A DNA stretch of 64,000 nucleotides. It comes from Chlorokybus atmophyticus. Taxonomy: Eukaryota; Plantae; Mesostigma and Chlorokybus algae. The stretch's first letter is position 1. Each line of letters starts with the position of its first letter. Both the position numbers and the translations under genes were made by a program. Below are positions 36,234-47,621 of this stretch, piece after piece. The stretch spans positions 454,099-518,098 of the forward strand of contig RHPI01001715.1 in NCBI GenBank assembly GCA_009103225.1, given 5' to 3'. The notes beneath the pieces are model-generated. The model was not told where the DNA came from. It saw only the letters and a list, made by a program, of their open reading frames with translations, and searched no databases.

Positions 36234-37287
36234 TCACAGAAAGCCCACACAAAACGACAATACATGCACAATTGTCATCACGGCGGGGGCCAAATCACCG
36301 CCGACACGTTGGCGTCTTGCATCAGGCGTGGCGACCAAAACGGGTGAGGTTGCTTGCAGAGGGGACACGTTTGTAGATTTGATTGACATGCCACGGTCTT
36401 CTGATGTGCTATGATGCAGACATGGCACATCGCTTTCTTGCAACAGGGCGTCTCCCCATCCGCTTGGGGGGGGTGGCTCTTCAATGCGACAAATCAGCAC
36501 ACATGGTGCACGCGGGTGTGCAAGCTGCCTCTGCCACCAAACTCTGTTATCGCATTGCAGGCGTAGCGACTCCCATCTGAATGACGCAGCATATCGCTCC
36601 ACTGCCTGCTCAATCACCTGACGCCCGTCTGTCGCCATACATCACCTGCTGGTCTTGGTGGTCTTGTCCAGCAGCACGTTCATCCAGGCCCTCGACATGG
36701 TTGTCGTCACTCGTGTACTCCCTCGCATCGCCAATTTCTTCGAGCTGCCACAGAGTCAGCTCAACGTGCCGTATGACATATAGCCACTGCCAGCCAAAGC
36801 ATGCCAAGTACAGCTAGAATGGTTTTACTTGCCACCCAGTATGTTTGCTCAGGTAGTGGCATACATCTCGACCCGCATCAATCGACATCGACAGGTACAT
36901 CTGCTGCAGCAGGTCGAAGTCTCGCTCCGCGAATAGCTCTTGCACATTGCCGGGTTGCTGCGGCAGCAACAACACCATCATATCGAGGACGGCGAGGGGC
37001 AACATCGAACTACGGATGGCCATGTCGTGTTTGGGTTTCAACCATGTCCAATCCCCAGGGGTCTGTGTAGACCGCACTCTCTGCGTTTGCTTCCACTTAT
37101 TGCATACTTTTGTCACCCACCTCGAGGCATGCCGCATGCGGTGATGCAGCGCGTCTAGGTCGTATTGTAGGGCGATCAACTCCTTTGCACTACGAGTCAG
37201 CCCCTCAAAGCGTCTGCGCGTCGGTGCTTTTAGCTTAGGCAGCTCGTGCCGCATCGGCTGTCTCTCTGGACGATGCTGAGCACCCAC
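36234..37287 (-). pseudogene. Unknown cargo ORF of the Plavaka-type element (disrupted)
   Basis: Three consecutive same-strand ORF segments (36814-37287, 36610-36807, 36234-36638) of protein-like composition. No confident domain. Confidence 0.4.
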
Positions 37288-37345
37288 ATGACGCTGTAAT
37301 CCCGCATGTGCCTACTCAGGTCACACAATCAGCCCTAGTGAGGCT

Positions 37346-40300
37346 TTAAGGCGCTGTGCTTCTTCTAACGTTGTAACAATGCCTCACCTTTCCTTTTTTG
37401 GTCCTGTTAGCGTCCCTTGTTCCAACAACCTTCTTCTTTTTGTTTTTGTCAACCTGCACATCCTGGCAGGCGCTCTCCGTGGCATTGTCACTCAGAGGAG
37501 GTAAGGCGTTATCTTCTTGCTCCACAGCCTTGCGCTTGCTGGTTGCCTCCCGTTCCTCCACGACCTCATGTTGCTTTTGAAGGTCGAGCATGAAGCCTTT
37601 GTCTTTCAGCGCAGCTTTCAGGACACCTCAATCAATCTCTTTACCTACAAGACAGGCTGGGATCAATGTGGAAAGCTTAGAGGGAGAGGGCGAGCTGACG
37701 ATGCTTCTTGATGGAGATGCCTCCGGATGGTTAAAATGCAGTGGCGAGTGAGTCTCCGCAGCAGGAAGGGAGGGTACTAAATTGTTATTGTGAGCATGTG
37801 GCTGTGGTTGAGGGGAGGCAGGATGTGCAGAACAGTCGGCTACTTCTTGCCTAGCACACGAAGGCGAGGCCTGAGGCGTTGGCGCAGCACCTTGGGTCAC
37901 AGGCGGTGGTAGCGGGGAATTGGCAACGCCATTCCGCCACTCTCCGATCAGGTCTGTTACCTCCGATGGCACTTCATGCATAGGCCACGACCATTGTTCG
38001 GTACTTGCAGGCTTGAGGAGCCCAAAATGTGCTTCTGGCTCATCAAGAGCAGTGTTGCCCACCACCAGGACTGAGTTGGGGGCTTCTTTATTTCCAACCC
38101 AAACTGCGTTGCCGGGCCGTGGCACCTACTCCCCATGCTCGCGCTGAACGGTCACGAAGCCAATCAACAAGCCCAGCTTGTTGGCAAACATGGTCATCTG
38201 CAGGTGCTCGACGTACACATCTTTCCTCCGCACGATCTGTCGCACCTTGGCCATGGCTATGTTAATATATGTTGCAATTGACATCAGCCAACATGGTCGC
38301 AGGCAGTTTGTCGTAATACTGCGCCATTTCTCCCGCGGCACCAGTGGCTCTACAGAGGTCTAGGTTTTTGCTCGCCACGCCTGCATCGACAGCCTTGGCG
38401 GTGATTTTGTGAAGAGTGTCCCCCCTGCCGTCGTCGTCCATGGTGTCCAGCATGGCCCAAAATCTTCTCGAGCTGGGGCATTTGTGATCATTCAGGACAC
38501 TTTGCGCTATGGATGGCCTGGCGCGAAACACACAACGGTGGAAGCAATTACCAACCATTGGCGCATTGAAGTGGTCCCGTGAGACGAGCTGGCCACCTAG
38601 CATGACTGATGGCCGTATGCGGGTTGCGGCTAGCTCCTCTGATGACTTGCTGGCAGGTGGTGACCCCTGCTGCATGCGCATACAGCACTCATATGGTGTC
38701 CAACTGTGGACGGCAAGAGTCACAGTGACTGATAAAGTACCTGAGTTTGGGGCAGACTGCCGGCTTCAACTTGCAGCGGGTGGGGTAAGGTAGGTGCAGA
38801 AGCCACATCGGTTGTTGCATTGTGCTGTGGTCTCGCCGGTTGCGGCAAGAAGGATTGTTGCCCCGCATTCACCGGTGCTGCTCGTGGAGGAGATGGCAGT
38901 GCATGAAGAACTGGTGCCGCGGAAGGTGGTTGCGCTCTGGCTGCGAGGGGAGCACGAGCGGCAGGTGAGACCAGTTGTGCATGCAGCAAGGGGGGCTGTA
39001 TACGAGACCCAGGATAAAATGGCTCACAATGTTGCAAAGGACGATTATAAGCTTATGCACTGCCTGACGCATTGTTACCAAGGCACAAGCATAAAAGACA
39101 GCGACTTACCTCGATGGCCTGTGGGCTACATGGAGCAGGGGAAGCCATGGGGGCTGAAAAGGTGGTGTTAAGTGCACTCTCCCCGCCACCCTCGATCGCA
39201 GACTCGTCACGGAGCTCGTGAGCCATGGGCACATCATGCGCCACTGCCCCAATGGACATGTCGGGATTCAACAGGCCAACATGCATGTTAAACTGATGCC
39301 GCATTGCCGCCGCGCCCATCAGCAAGTGGGATTGAAGGACCAGTTGATGGGATTGAATCCAGGCTTGATATGAGCTTCAACAGAACGTGCACTGTGGTGT
39401 TGTCAACCAATCACATGTGGGTTAGCTGCATGCTTGCGACACTGCAATTGCAATAGTCAACTGCGTCACACCGTCATCAGTTGGTTGCTTCAAATAGTCA
39501 CCTGCGGCATTGCTGGTTGATGCACGAATGATTGCATGGACTGCGTCATTGCTGGTTGATGCACTACGGGTTGAATGCCGGATGAATGGCCACGCGCTCC
39601 TGTGCTCAAACCCAGCCTACTTCGCTCGGCACGCGCGCGTCTTCGCACGCTCACGCACATTCTAGCATGCAAAGGTAGGCATGCATTGGAGGTGCATGCA
39701 GTCAAATGCACAGCGTTTGGCAACAACATACCGCCCAGCTCTGTCTGTCTGCTCTGGCTTCCGCAATGTCGGCTTGATTGTAGGGTGGGTATGGGTGAAT
39801 AGTGGAGGCCTGCAGCCACGCTATATGTATCACATGGACTGCGCTAAAAAATAAATTGCTCTTGCGAGGAAATGCATGTGACTGTTGAGCGTACCTCTGC
39901 ATTCTTTTGTGCTTGTTCCCACAGTCGCAATTGGTCCCGCATGGTTATGACAAGAGGCTCCAAGGACTGCAGCTCATAATCCACTCCTTGTTTCAAAAAG
40001 CGAGCCATCAAACAGCTCTCTGTGTGGAGATGGTCCTTAATGGCTTGCCTGCTAGTTTGTCCAATGTTGGTGATGCATGTTGGACAGCCCCATTGCTGAC
40101 GCCTGCCATGATCCAAGACGTGGCGCCTGGTAGTAGCTGACTTCGCTGCTTGAACTCTTACGGCCACAACTTCCAGAAAGATGAGCCACGCCGCCGCCGC
40201 CGCCGCCGACGACTCCTGATCCTCCGCCTCCTAGTCGAACCCAGGTCCACTACGCCGGACATTCGACTCGTCATCGACCTGGTGCCCCTGCATGCCATCA
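37346..40300 (-). pseudogene. CCHC zinc finger + Pro-rich linker + OTU-like cysteine protease gene
   Basis: WGCPTC...IKDHLHTESC near 40050. PMVGNCFHRCV (~38545, OTU Cys motif). VLVVGNTALDEPEAHFGLL (~38030, His motif). Basic NLS-like tail. Frameshift near 38340. Confidence 0.6.
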
Positions 40301-40705
40301 TACGGCCATCAATGAAGCTGTTTGGGTGAGTGCACGCTAACTCCCATTAGAGCTGGTCGAGCAATGCCTCTGTCATACCATGGATGGTACGACAGAGCCA
40401 TTGTATGGCAATAATTGAGGTTGGACGAGAGATGCCTCTGTCGTACCATAAATGTTACGACACAACCATTGTTAGCAATGGTTGTACGAAGCATGGATGG
40501 CACGAATGCATAAGTCGTACCATCAACCATAGGAGCAAGGATGCACTACAAGTGCGACTCTAGTGCGGGACACTAGACGTTAAAAACCGCCTCATTTTTG
40601 TTTTCGCGACTCGTACATACGGGCGGGCCAACCGGCGGCGGCAGCGGTGAAGGCGGCAGCGCCACCATCAGCTAAACAGGCGGCACCCGACTATCAGTTT
40701 AAGAG

Positions 40706-42555
40706 ATGCCTCGTGGTCCATCCGTGGGTGCACCTCGTTGTGGAGGTCGGCGCCAGTTGTTCACATTGCCCCCAGTGTTCAACCTGGCAACCGTCGCCAA
40801 CCAATCGCAGCAAGAACCCAAGCTAACGCCCAGCACATCACAACAACTCCATCTGACCCCGCAGTTGCAAGGGCAAGCTAGACTGCATGCGTTCATGATG
40901 CACTGTGCATGTTGCTTCTTGCTCAACTTCGAACTTGGATGCTTGCTTCTTTCATGACTAGCACAGTGACTCACTGCATGCGTTCTGGATACAATGTGCA
41001 CGTTGTTCTTCGTTCTTTACTGTAGAGGTTGCATCTTTCATGGCTGGCAGCATGACTCATGTGGTTGTGCTTGCAGAGGGTCGATTAGAACCCCCAACCA
41101 AGACGCATTTGACCGTGACGTAGCAACCTCGGCCGTCAGCAACCCTTCCCCCCAAGCAAGTAGAAGATTGGCAACGAGGTAAGCACTGTGTGACACTGTG
41201 ACACTGTGTGTATGTGTGTAACGGATTGTTCTTGTATGGACAGCACTTGCGAGATGCCGTCGTTGAAATCAAAAACGGCCACTGGGTAGAGAGCCACGCT
41301 TATCTCAAAGAACACTATTCGTAACGTCATGTGTCAGGTGCTGTGAGTGCTTCATGACCTCACTGCACCGTGACACTGACCAACCTGCCCGTGACAAGTA
41401 GTTGGCTTCAACCATAACGACGAGGCCGATGCGGCCAATATCTATGAGGTGTACTGGACGCCCAAGAGTGCCCCTTCCACTGAAGTGTCGCATTGAAGAA
41501 AGCTACGCAGGTCCGGTCTGAGAACGTCACCAAGATCAAGCATGTCTTTGAGAAGGAGTACAAGTGGACACTGTTTAACAGCAACAAGCGCAAGTGAGTT
41601 GGGTCCCTCACCACCATGTCTGCTATGCAACACTGCCTTCTTACTTAGCCTCCATACACACGCATCTCGCCTATAATAACCGATTCAATTAGACACATCG
41701 ACGCCTTAATGGACCTCGAGACCCAAAACGCCCTGATGCGCAACGCGCTCCAAAATAAGTCACAGGCACTATTATAGCTTGGTGCAGGCTTAACTTGAAC
41801 TATCTATATCGCGACCAATGCCTTGTCTGCGGCAGTCATATATGACTGCCACAGACAAGTCATGGCGGTGATTTGAGGTGACCGACAATGCAGACCCGCA
41901 GCGGAGGAGATACATCCATGAATGGGGTAATCCCATAATGGCAAATGGTCGTGCAATGCTGGTCTTACGCCGTCACTACACCCGATCGCCGGCAACTGAC
42001 AGTCAACCACCTCGCATACTTGTTGCTTACGGTGCGCACTGAACTCATTAGCAATTCAGGAATGCTGTAGCCCAAAACTACAGGCTTGCAGACGCGCTGC
42101 AGTGAATAGTGGCTTTTTAAGCCACTAAGACATGCCTGTAAACTACGCAGGTGGAGCGCATCCTAAAGGGCAAGGATGGAGACCCTCTCATAGCTGCCAG
42201 CATCGACACACATGAAGAGTACCTCAGCAAAATCAACACGATGATCATGTTAATGAAGCGGGAGAGGCAACGGTACGCAGCCCTCCAGCCATTCACCCTT
42301 GTGAAACGCCGCACTGCATCTTGTGTCGAATACTTGAAAGATCCCAATCGGCGCCGGCCGCAAGAGACAGCAGCTCGTGCCCCGCTCGCTGAGGCAGAAC
42401 GGCATTTTATTAGCTGGCACAACCGTTCGAGGAGGAAGAGCAAGCTCCGGCGTCTCCTCCACAGGCCCCAGCGCGTGGTGCTTTGTTCCATGATGACGAG
42501 CAAAGCGATGATGGAGAGGAGCTGTAGCGCAGTTGGTAGTCCGTTTAGCTGGTAG
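40706..42555 (+). pseudogene. Degenerate multi-exon gene of unknown function in the right arm of the 21.6 kb element
   Basis: GT-AG bounded segments and a 134-aa terminal ORF (42151-42555). Many stops; no domain recognised. Confidence 0.35.
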
Positions 42556-42920
42556 TGTACATAGCTGCAAGGCTCTTGTGACTGAGTGTTGTGCATCAAC
42601 CAGCTCAATCAATCGTCATTATACTCATGCATGTCAAAACTTGCATCCCTATAATATACAACAAAACTGCAGGCATTGAAGTCACATACTCAAACTACAA
42701 GCCTTGGCTAGTGACTGAGAGACACTGTACACATTTCAGGTACCTGTACACGGCACAGGCACATCACGATGCTGGCAGTCAGTGACAGTCGCGTGTAGTC
42801 ACTATGCAGATACATATAATGACAGTTGGGCATCAGTCACCTTCAATTGCTTAAAAAATGCCTTATTCTATCGATAATTACCTAGTTAGTGTTTGTGAAT
42901 TAGGCTTACTCGCCTGCGCC

Positions 42921-43258
42921 GGATTGGTGTGTAACCTGCAGCAGCCTGTCACATAAGCTGAGTCACCTAAGTATGACTGATGTGTAACTTGCAAGTGCCT
43001 GCTAATTAGGTGTAGCCACCTGTTTAGGCCTGATGTGTAACTTACAGGTGCCCGTTAATTAGTTGTAGTCACCTGTTAAGGCCTGATAAGTAACTAACAA
43101 GTGCCTGTTAATTAAGTGTAGTCACCTGTTAAGGCCTGATAAGTAACTAACAGGTGGCTGTTAATTAGGCATAGTCACCTAAGGCTAAGGCTTGATAGGT
43201 AACTAACAGGCGCTTGTTAATTAGGCGGAGTCAACTGTTCAAGACTTAATTGTAACTG
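42921..43258. repeat. Tandem array of ~6 diverged 53-bp units
   Basis: Unit starts at 42921, 42975, 43028, 43081, 43134 and 43190 (GCCTGAT...TAACT...TTAATTAG...GTCACCTGTTAAG). Confidence 0.9.
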
Positions 43259-43403
43259 AAAGGGCCTGATAGTAACGGAAGTCAACATTAGGTCCCTGTA
43301 TCGAGATTACACGTGGACTGAGCCACGACAGTCTAAATTAGTATTCTCGGGTGCACGGTCGTTACCAATATTTGGTCGGCCGACAGGGGAAACATATTGC
43401 GAC

Positions 43404-46225
43404 GTACAGATTATGGCTCGTAGGTGTTCTGAATGTTGTCTTTTAGACATCCGAAGGATGAATCCGGATTTGATAATAGCCACTTGTCAAGTCTAGCGTA
43501 CTAAAGTACGCATTCCCTGACAACTTGTCAAGCACATCATCAACCCTTAGTAACGGGTATTTGTTCTTTACCGTGAGCTTCTTTTGGAGCACGGTAATCC
43601 ACACACATGCGCAACTTCCCATTCTTCTTTATAATAAACAAGATGGGTGCACCACAGGGTGAAGAACTTGGTTCAATCAATCCCGTTTTCAGTAACTCTT
43701 TTATCTGTGTTTCCATTTCCCCCTCTCACGAGGGCTCAACCTATATATAGGCCGAAATGGAGGCTCATTATCAGGAATTCAAGGTATTGTGTGCCCGACA
43801 CCTCGATCAGGGGGGCAAGCCCGGCAACTCATCTGAGAACACATCCTGAAACTTCTCAATGATGTTCGTCACACCTTCTGTATTGCCAGGCACTACATTA
43901 TCACTCGACGTTAAGTGCATTAGAAAAGCAAGTGTGTTTTTACGTAACACATGCTTCACTTGAAGCGCCGTAAGTAACGCAGGGTCTGTTTGCTTATATC
44001 CCAAGCTATGCGACCTTTGCACGGCCAAAGTGATGCGCTTACGCCCCTTCTTTACTGTGCACAACCGTGCAGCAGTATCCAATGTCATCGACACTTTATA
44101 TGCCATTCTTGGCCAAATGCCACATCAACACCAACGATGTGAATGGGTACTATGCAAGTTAAATTCGCTTGATAACTACTAATCTTAACTTTTAACTTGA
44201 GTTCACCTTTTACTGATAATGCACCCCCAGCCCCAGCAGCTGAGAAGGCTGAGGGTTTGCACGCTATCTGTTGCGCACAACCTATTTTTCTTCAACGAAG
44301 TTATGCGTTGCCCCGATGTCAACCAAGAACGAGCTAGTAATACCATGTGCCATGCCTGTAAAGGTCCACAATAAAGGTACTACTTGCTGTTGAAAGGAAG
44401 CCAAGATTCCTTGACTGATGCGTGGGTTATCAACACTGCTGACAACCGCACTGTCCCCGTCTCGCTTTGTGAACTGTTTCAACACTTTCCCCCCTGGTAT
44501 GCTTTATCCACGGTCCATGATACTTGGGCACCATGACAACCACACTCAGTGTCGTGTGTTTATTTTGTGACTCACACAGCGTGCGCAAAACTTCTGTTAG
44601 CATGTTAAATTCTACATGCACTAGCACACAAGCATTGCCATCCACTTTTTCACTATCAAAAAGTGGCAGCTTATCATGTGCTTGCCATGCGTGTGTCATT
44701 ACATGCACACGAGACGATTCAATAAACCAGTTTGCTGCATGTAACGCTAGCAACTGGCCACTAGATGAAGGTACATCAGTCATGACGTAATCCTATTCAA
44801 CCTTCTTGGCCTTGCTTTTTGCCTTGCTTGAGCAGTTCTTCGCAATGTGGCCTGGCTAATGGCACACGTAGCATGCGCGTGCTGCAATAGGCGTAGCACC
44901 ACTCGCAGGTGCGAATGAGGTCTTGGCCTTTTTCGCATGCGCACTTGGTGGAGGGAACCGCTTCCCCCCTCCCCCATGTGGCTTGACTGAAGCCACCGCC
45001 TGTGACTTGTCCTGCACAACCGCAGCATCGTCGTTGAACAGATACACACTCAACCTCTGCAAGGTTGCGAGGTCCGCGGGAACCCATGGCTGCCCCGTCG
45101 ATGTGTTGTACTGCAACTGATCGCGCAAGTGCGCATCCAAGCCGCGCTTGTACAGGTTAAACTGCTCAGCCTTGTCCATGGGCATGAGCCCACTGTTGAC
45201 ACGGCCAACCAATGCCTAAAAATCCTGCAAGTACACTGAGGTCGCCCGACCACTGTGTCGCAGCTTAGTAAGCTTGTTGCGAGCAGCAGTAGCCGGGTCC
45301 ATGCCACAGTAGCGCTCCACCAAGAACTGGAACAATGCCTCCGCAGTCTTGGAAGCACCATCCTCTGTTTGTCGTGCCAACTCGGCCAAAGCGTCAGGTG
45401 GCATGAGCAATCCAGCAACAGATGTATGCTCACTAACTGGTCGCTGAAGTGCAGCCAAGTAGCGCTTCACATTCACCACCCAATCACGAATGTTCACAGC
45501 CCCATTAGGCTTAAACTTCTCGGGCTTGTTCAGCGCCGTGACAGGTAGGCCAATTGATGTCCCTGCTACAGTTGTGGTAGCCCCGGCCACCTAATGGCGT
45601 AATGCCACCAACTCGGACTGCATAGCATCCAGGTGTGCAGTCAAGCGCTCTTCTCGAGCTAACTTATTCTCCAACTCAGGCCCTGAGTACCAGAAGAGGT
45701 TCTTGCAACGCTTCTAAGTTTCCACCGTCAATAAGGCGAGAGCCTCGAACGCCATCCTCTGGCCTGGATACGGGCCTGGTTTGTCATCAGTGGCCATAAG
45801 AGCGGCCACTGCTGGATCTGTGCGCACGAGTTGCGGTACATTACACGTAAACTCGTGCTCGATCATGCGAATTACCATCTCCTTGCGCGCAGGAGTGCGA
45901 AGTCGGTCTCATATGCGTTACGGACTTGCTGCGCCCACTCATCCCACACTTCCTTGCGAAGCTGGGTGTGTGCAGCAAGAAGAGCCTCAAGCTCTAATGC
46001 ATACTTTGCTATGGCCGCCCCGATGATGCTCTAAGCATCCATAAGTTGTTCGTCATGAGAGAATTTCTTTGAAGAAGCTTCACCACTCTTGGACTTGGCT
46101 TCTTCCTCCTCACTGACACTGTAACTACCACTCGTTTCCGAGTGCTTCACTTCCTCATCACTTGATGGCTCATATGATGAATCCGCAGGATCGGGATACA
46201 TCCCACCTTCCTCTCCTTGGTAAGA
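43404..46225 (-). pseudogene. gypsy-1 5' half: gag, zinc knuckle, Dam-like domain, protease, RT N-terminus
   Basis: KPEKF...IRDWVVNVKRYL and AARNKLTKLRH (gag). CYVCH*PGHIART (knuckle). VLVHVEFNMLTEVL...VMVPKYHGPW (Dam-like). FLVDIGATHNFV (PR). [40 protein letters not shown] (RT). Confidence 0.9.
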
Positions 46226-46299
46226 CATCTGCCCAAGGAGATAAGCCGTCAATAAGTTGCAAGTGCACGAGTGCACAGGCACACGAGTTGGGCACTCTA

Positions 46300-46808
46300 A
46301 AAGTGTTAAAATTTGTTTTTTATTTCTCGTTGATTTCAAGGTGCTATACTTGGACTAAACAGCACGTAAAATAACTGCCCAACACCTCGCAACAAGACGC
46401 TCGCTTGTAAACAAACCGCACGCGATTCCACGCAACGGTTTGCAAGCTACAACAACTTAAAGTTTTCACTTTGTACAACTCCACTAATCCACAATTGCAA
46501 TTGACACTAGTAGTGCCAAGTGTGAATGGAGTTTGCTTGGCCGAACAGAAGTGTAAAAATTTGTTGTTTTTTTCTCATTGATTGCAAGGTCTTTAACTTG
46601 GGTAAAACAGCCCAAGAAGGGACTATAGTAGTTACCCAGCACCTCTCAACAAGACGCTTGCTTGCAAATAAACCGCACGCGATTCCACGCAACGGTTTGC
46701 AAGCTACAACAACTCAAAGTTTTCACTTTGTACAACTCCATTAATCCACAATTGCACTTGACACTAGTAGTGCCAAGTGTGAATGGAGTTTGCTTGGCCA
46801 AACAGAAC
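46300..46808. repeat. ~255-bp tandem duplication in the gypsy-1 leader
   Basis: Two copies each ending GTGCCAAGTGTGAATGGAGTTTGCTTGGCC.AACAGAA. Confidence 0.9.
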
Positions 46809-47330
46809 AAGTCTGTTGGCCCCACCGCACTGACTGGCGGTCACGACAGTCGATGTTGCCACTAGATTGCCTTCAAGGGTTAGAGCACGCGTGCGAATGC
46901 GTGCGCGCACACAAAACCCTTCACACCCCCGCGAATCCACGTGGTGGCTATCCGACAAGCACACACGTATTGATAGTAATAAGAGTTACTAAGTGATGTG
47001 ATGGGATGCAATGCTTGGGGTGAGGCTGCCTGAGTGGCCGCCTCCCCTTAACACTAACAAGCTAGGCTAGGCCAGGCAAGCTAGGCTATGCTAAGCAAGC
47101 AAGGCAAGGCTAGGCTAGGCTAGGCTACACCAACAGCAGCAACTATAAAACTATACAACAACAACAACTAGTTAACAACCACCACTACCCACGCTAGTGG
47201 GTAGCGGCTGTTAGCTGCCGCCGCTGTCAGGCCGCCGGCCTGACATCGGCACTGAGCAGTGCCGACTGCCGCCTCTGCGCCCTGCCGCCGCCAAAGCCGC
47301 CGCCGCAGCCGCCCCCCCCCAAGGCCCCAC

Positions 47331-47348
47331 ACCCTCGCCCCGATACCA
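47331..47348 (-). promoter_or_regulatory. Primer-binding site of gypsy-1 (TGGTATC..., tRNA-iMet-like)
   Basis: Minus strand reads ...CTTACA TT TGGTATCGGGGCG immediately after the 5' LTR. Only the first 7 nt match the plant iMet PBS exactly. Confidence 0.7.
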
Positions 47349-47350
47349 AA

Positions 47351-47621
47351 TGTAAGAAGGGGGGTGCTACCGCCCCCTTTAATCCCCTACCCCAACACCA
47401 CCACCAGCCACGCCGCCGGCCCACACCGCCGCCGCCGCTGCTGGGGCAGCTGCTAGAGCAAAAGACCCTCTGGCTATGGCGGCCACTACGTTAGCAGCGC
47501 CACCATGCGGCTGATATCGATGCGAGACACGAGTCTCTCATCGATATCAGTGTTATCGATAAGCGAACACTACATTAAGGCCATAAAGGCCCTAATACGG
47601 CTCAATTGGCTGTTTATTACC
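47351..47621 (-). repeat. 5' LTR of gypsy-1
   Basis: Homologous to 19089-19347 and adjacent to the PBS. Confidence 0.82.

Larger units (their letters stand above)
29035..40554 (+). mobile_element. Plavaka-type (CMC-related) DNA transposon with methyltransferase and OTU cargo; boundaries provisional
   Basis: CACTTGT at 29035 and ACAAGTG ending 40554, each next to a cluster of ATGGTAC/GTACCAT repeats. These enclose the transposase and three convergent cargo genes. The TSD does not match (CAG/CGA). Confidence 0.55.
21835..43403. mobile_element. 21.6 kb TIR-bounded insertion in gypsy-1 RT (host of A', the Plavaka-type element and unknown genes)
   Basis: GTAC is duplicated at 21831-21834 and 43404-43407. 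The ends read GTTGCAAAT... and ...ATATTGCGAC (short imperfect IR). Removal restores the RT motif in frame. Confidence 0.75.
19089..47621 (-). mobile_element. Ty3/gypsy chromovirus-type LTR retrotransposon (gypsy-1), interrupted by a 21.6 kb insertion
   Basis: Two homologous LTRs, a PBS next to one and a purine tract next to the other. Domain order is gag-Dam-like-PR-RT-RH-INT-chromo. The two RT halves join in frame (KTTFRTPTSHNL|YKVLPFGLINAPAVF). No TSD was recognisable. Confidence 0.75.

Noticed and set aside
40544-40580. CACTACAAG and CACTAG as left ends of a separate CACTA element
   Set aside because: No matching right TIR or TSD found.
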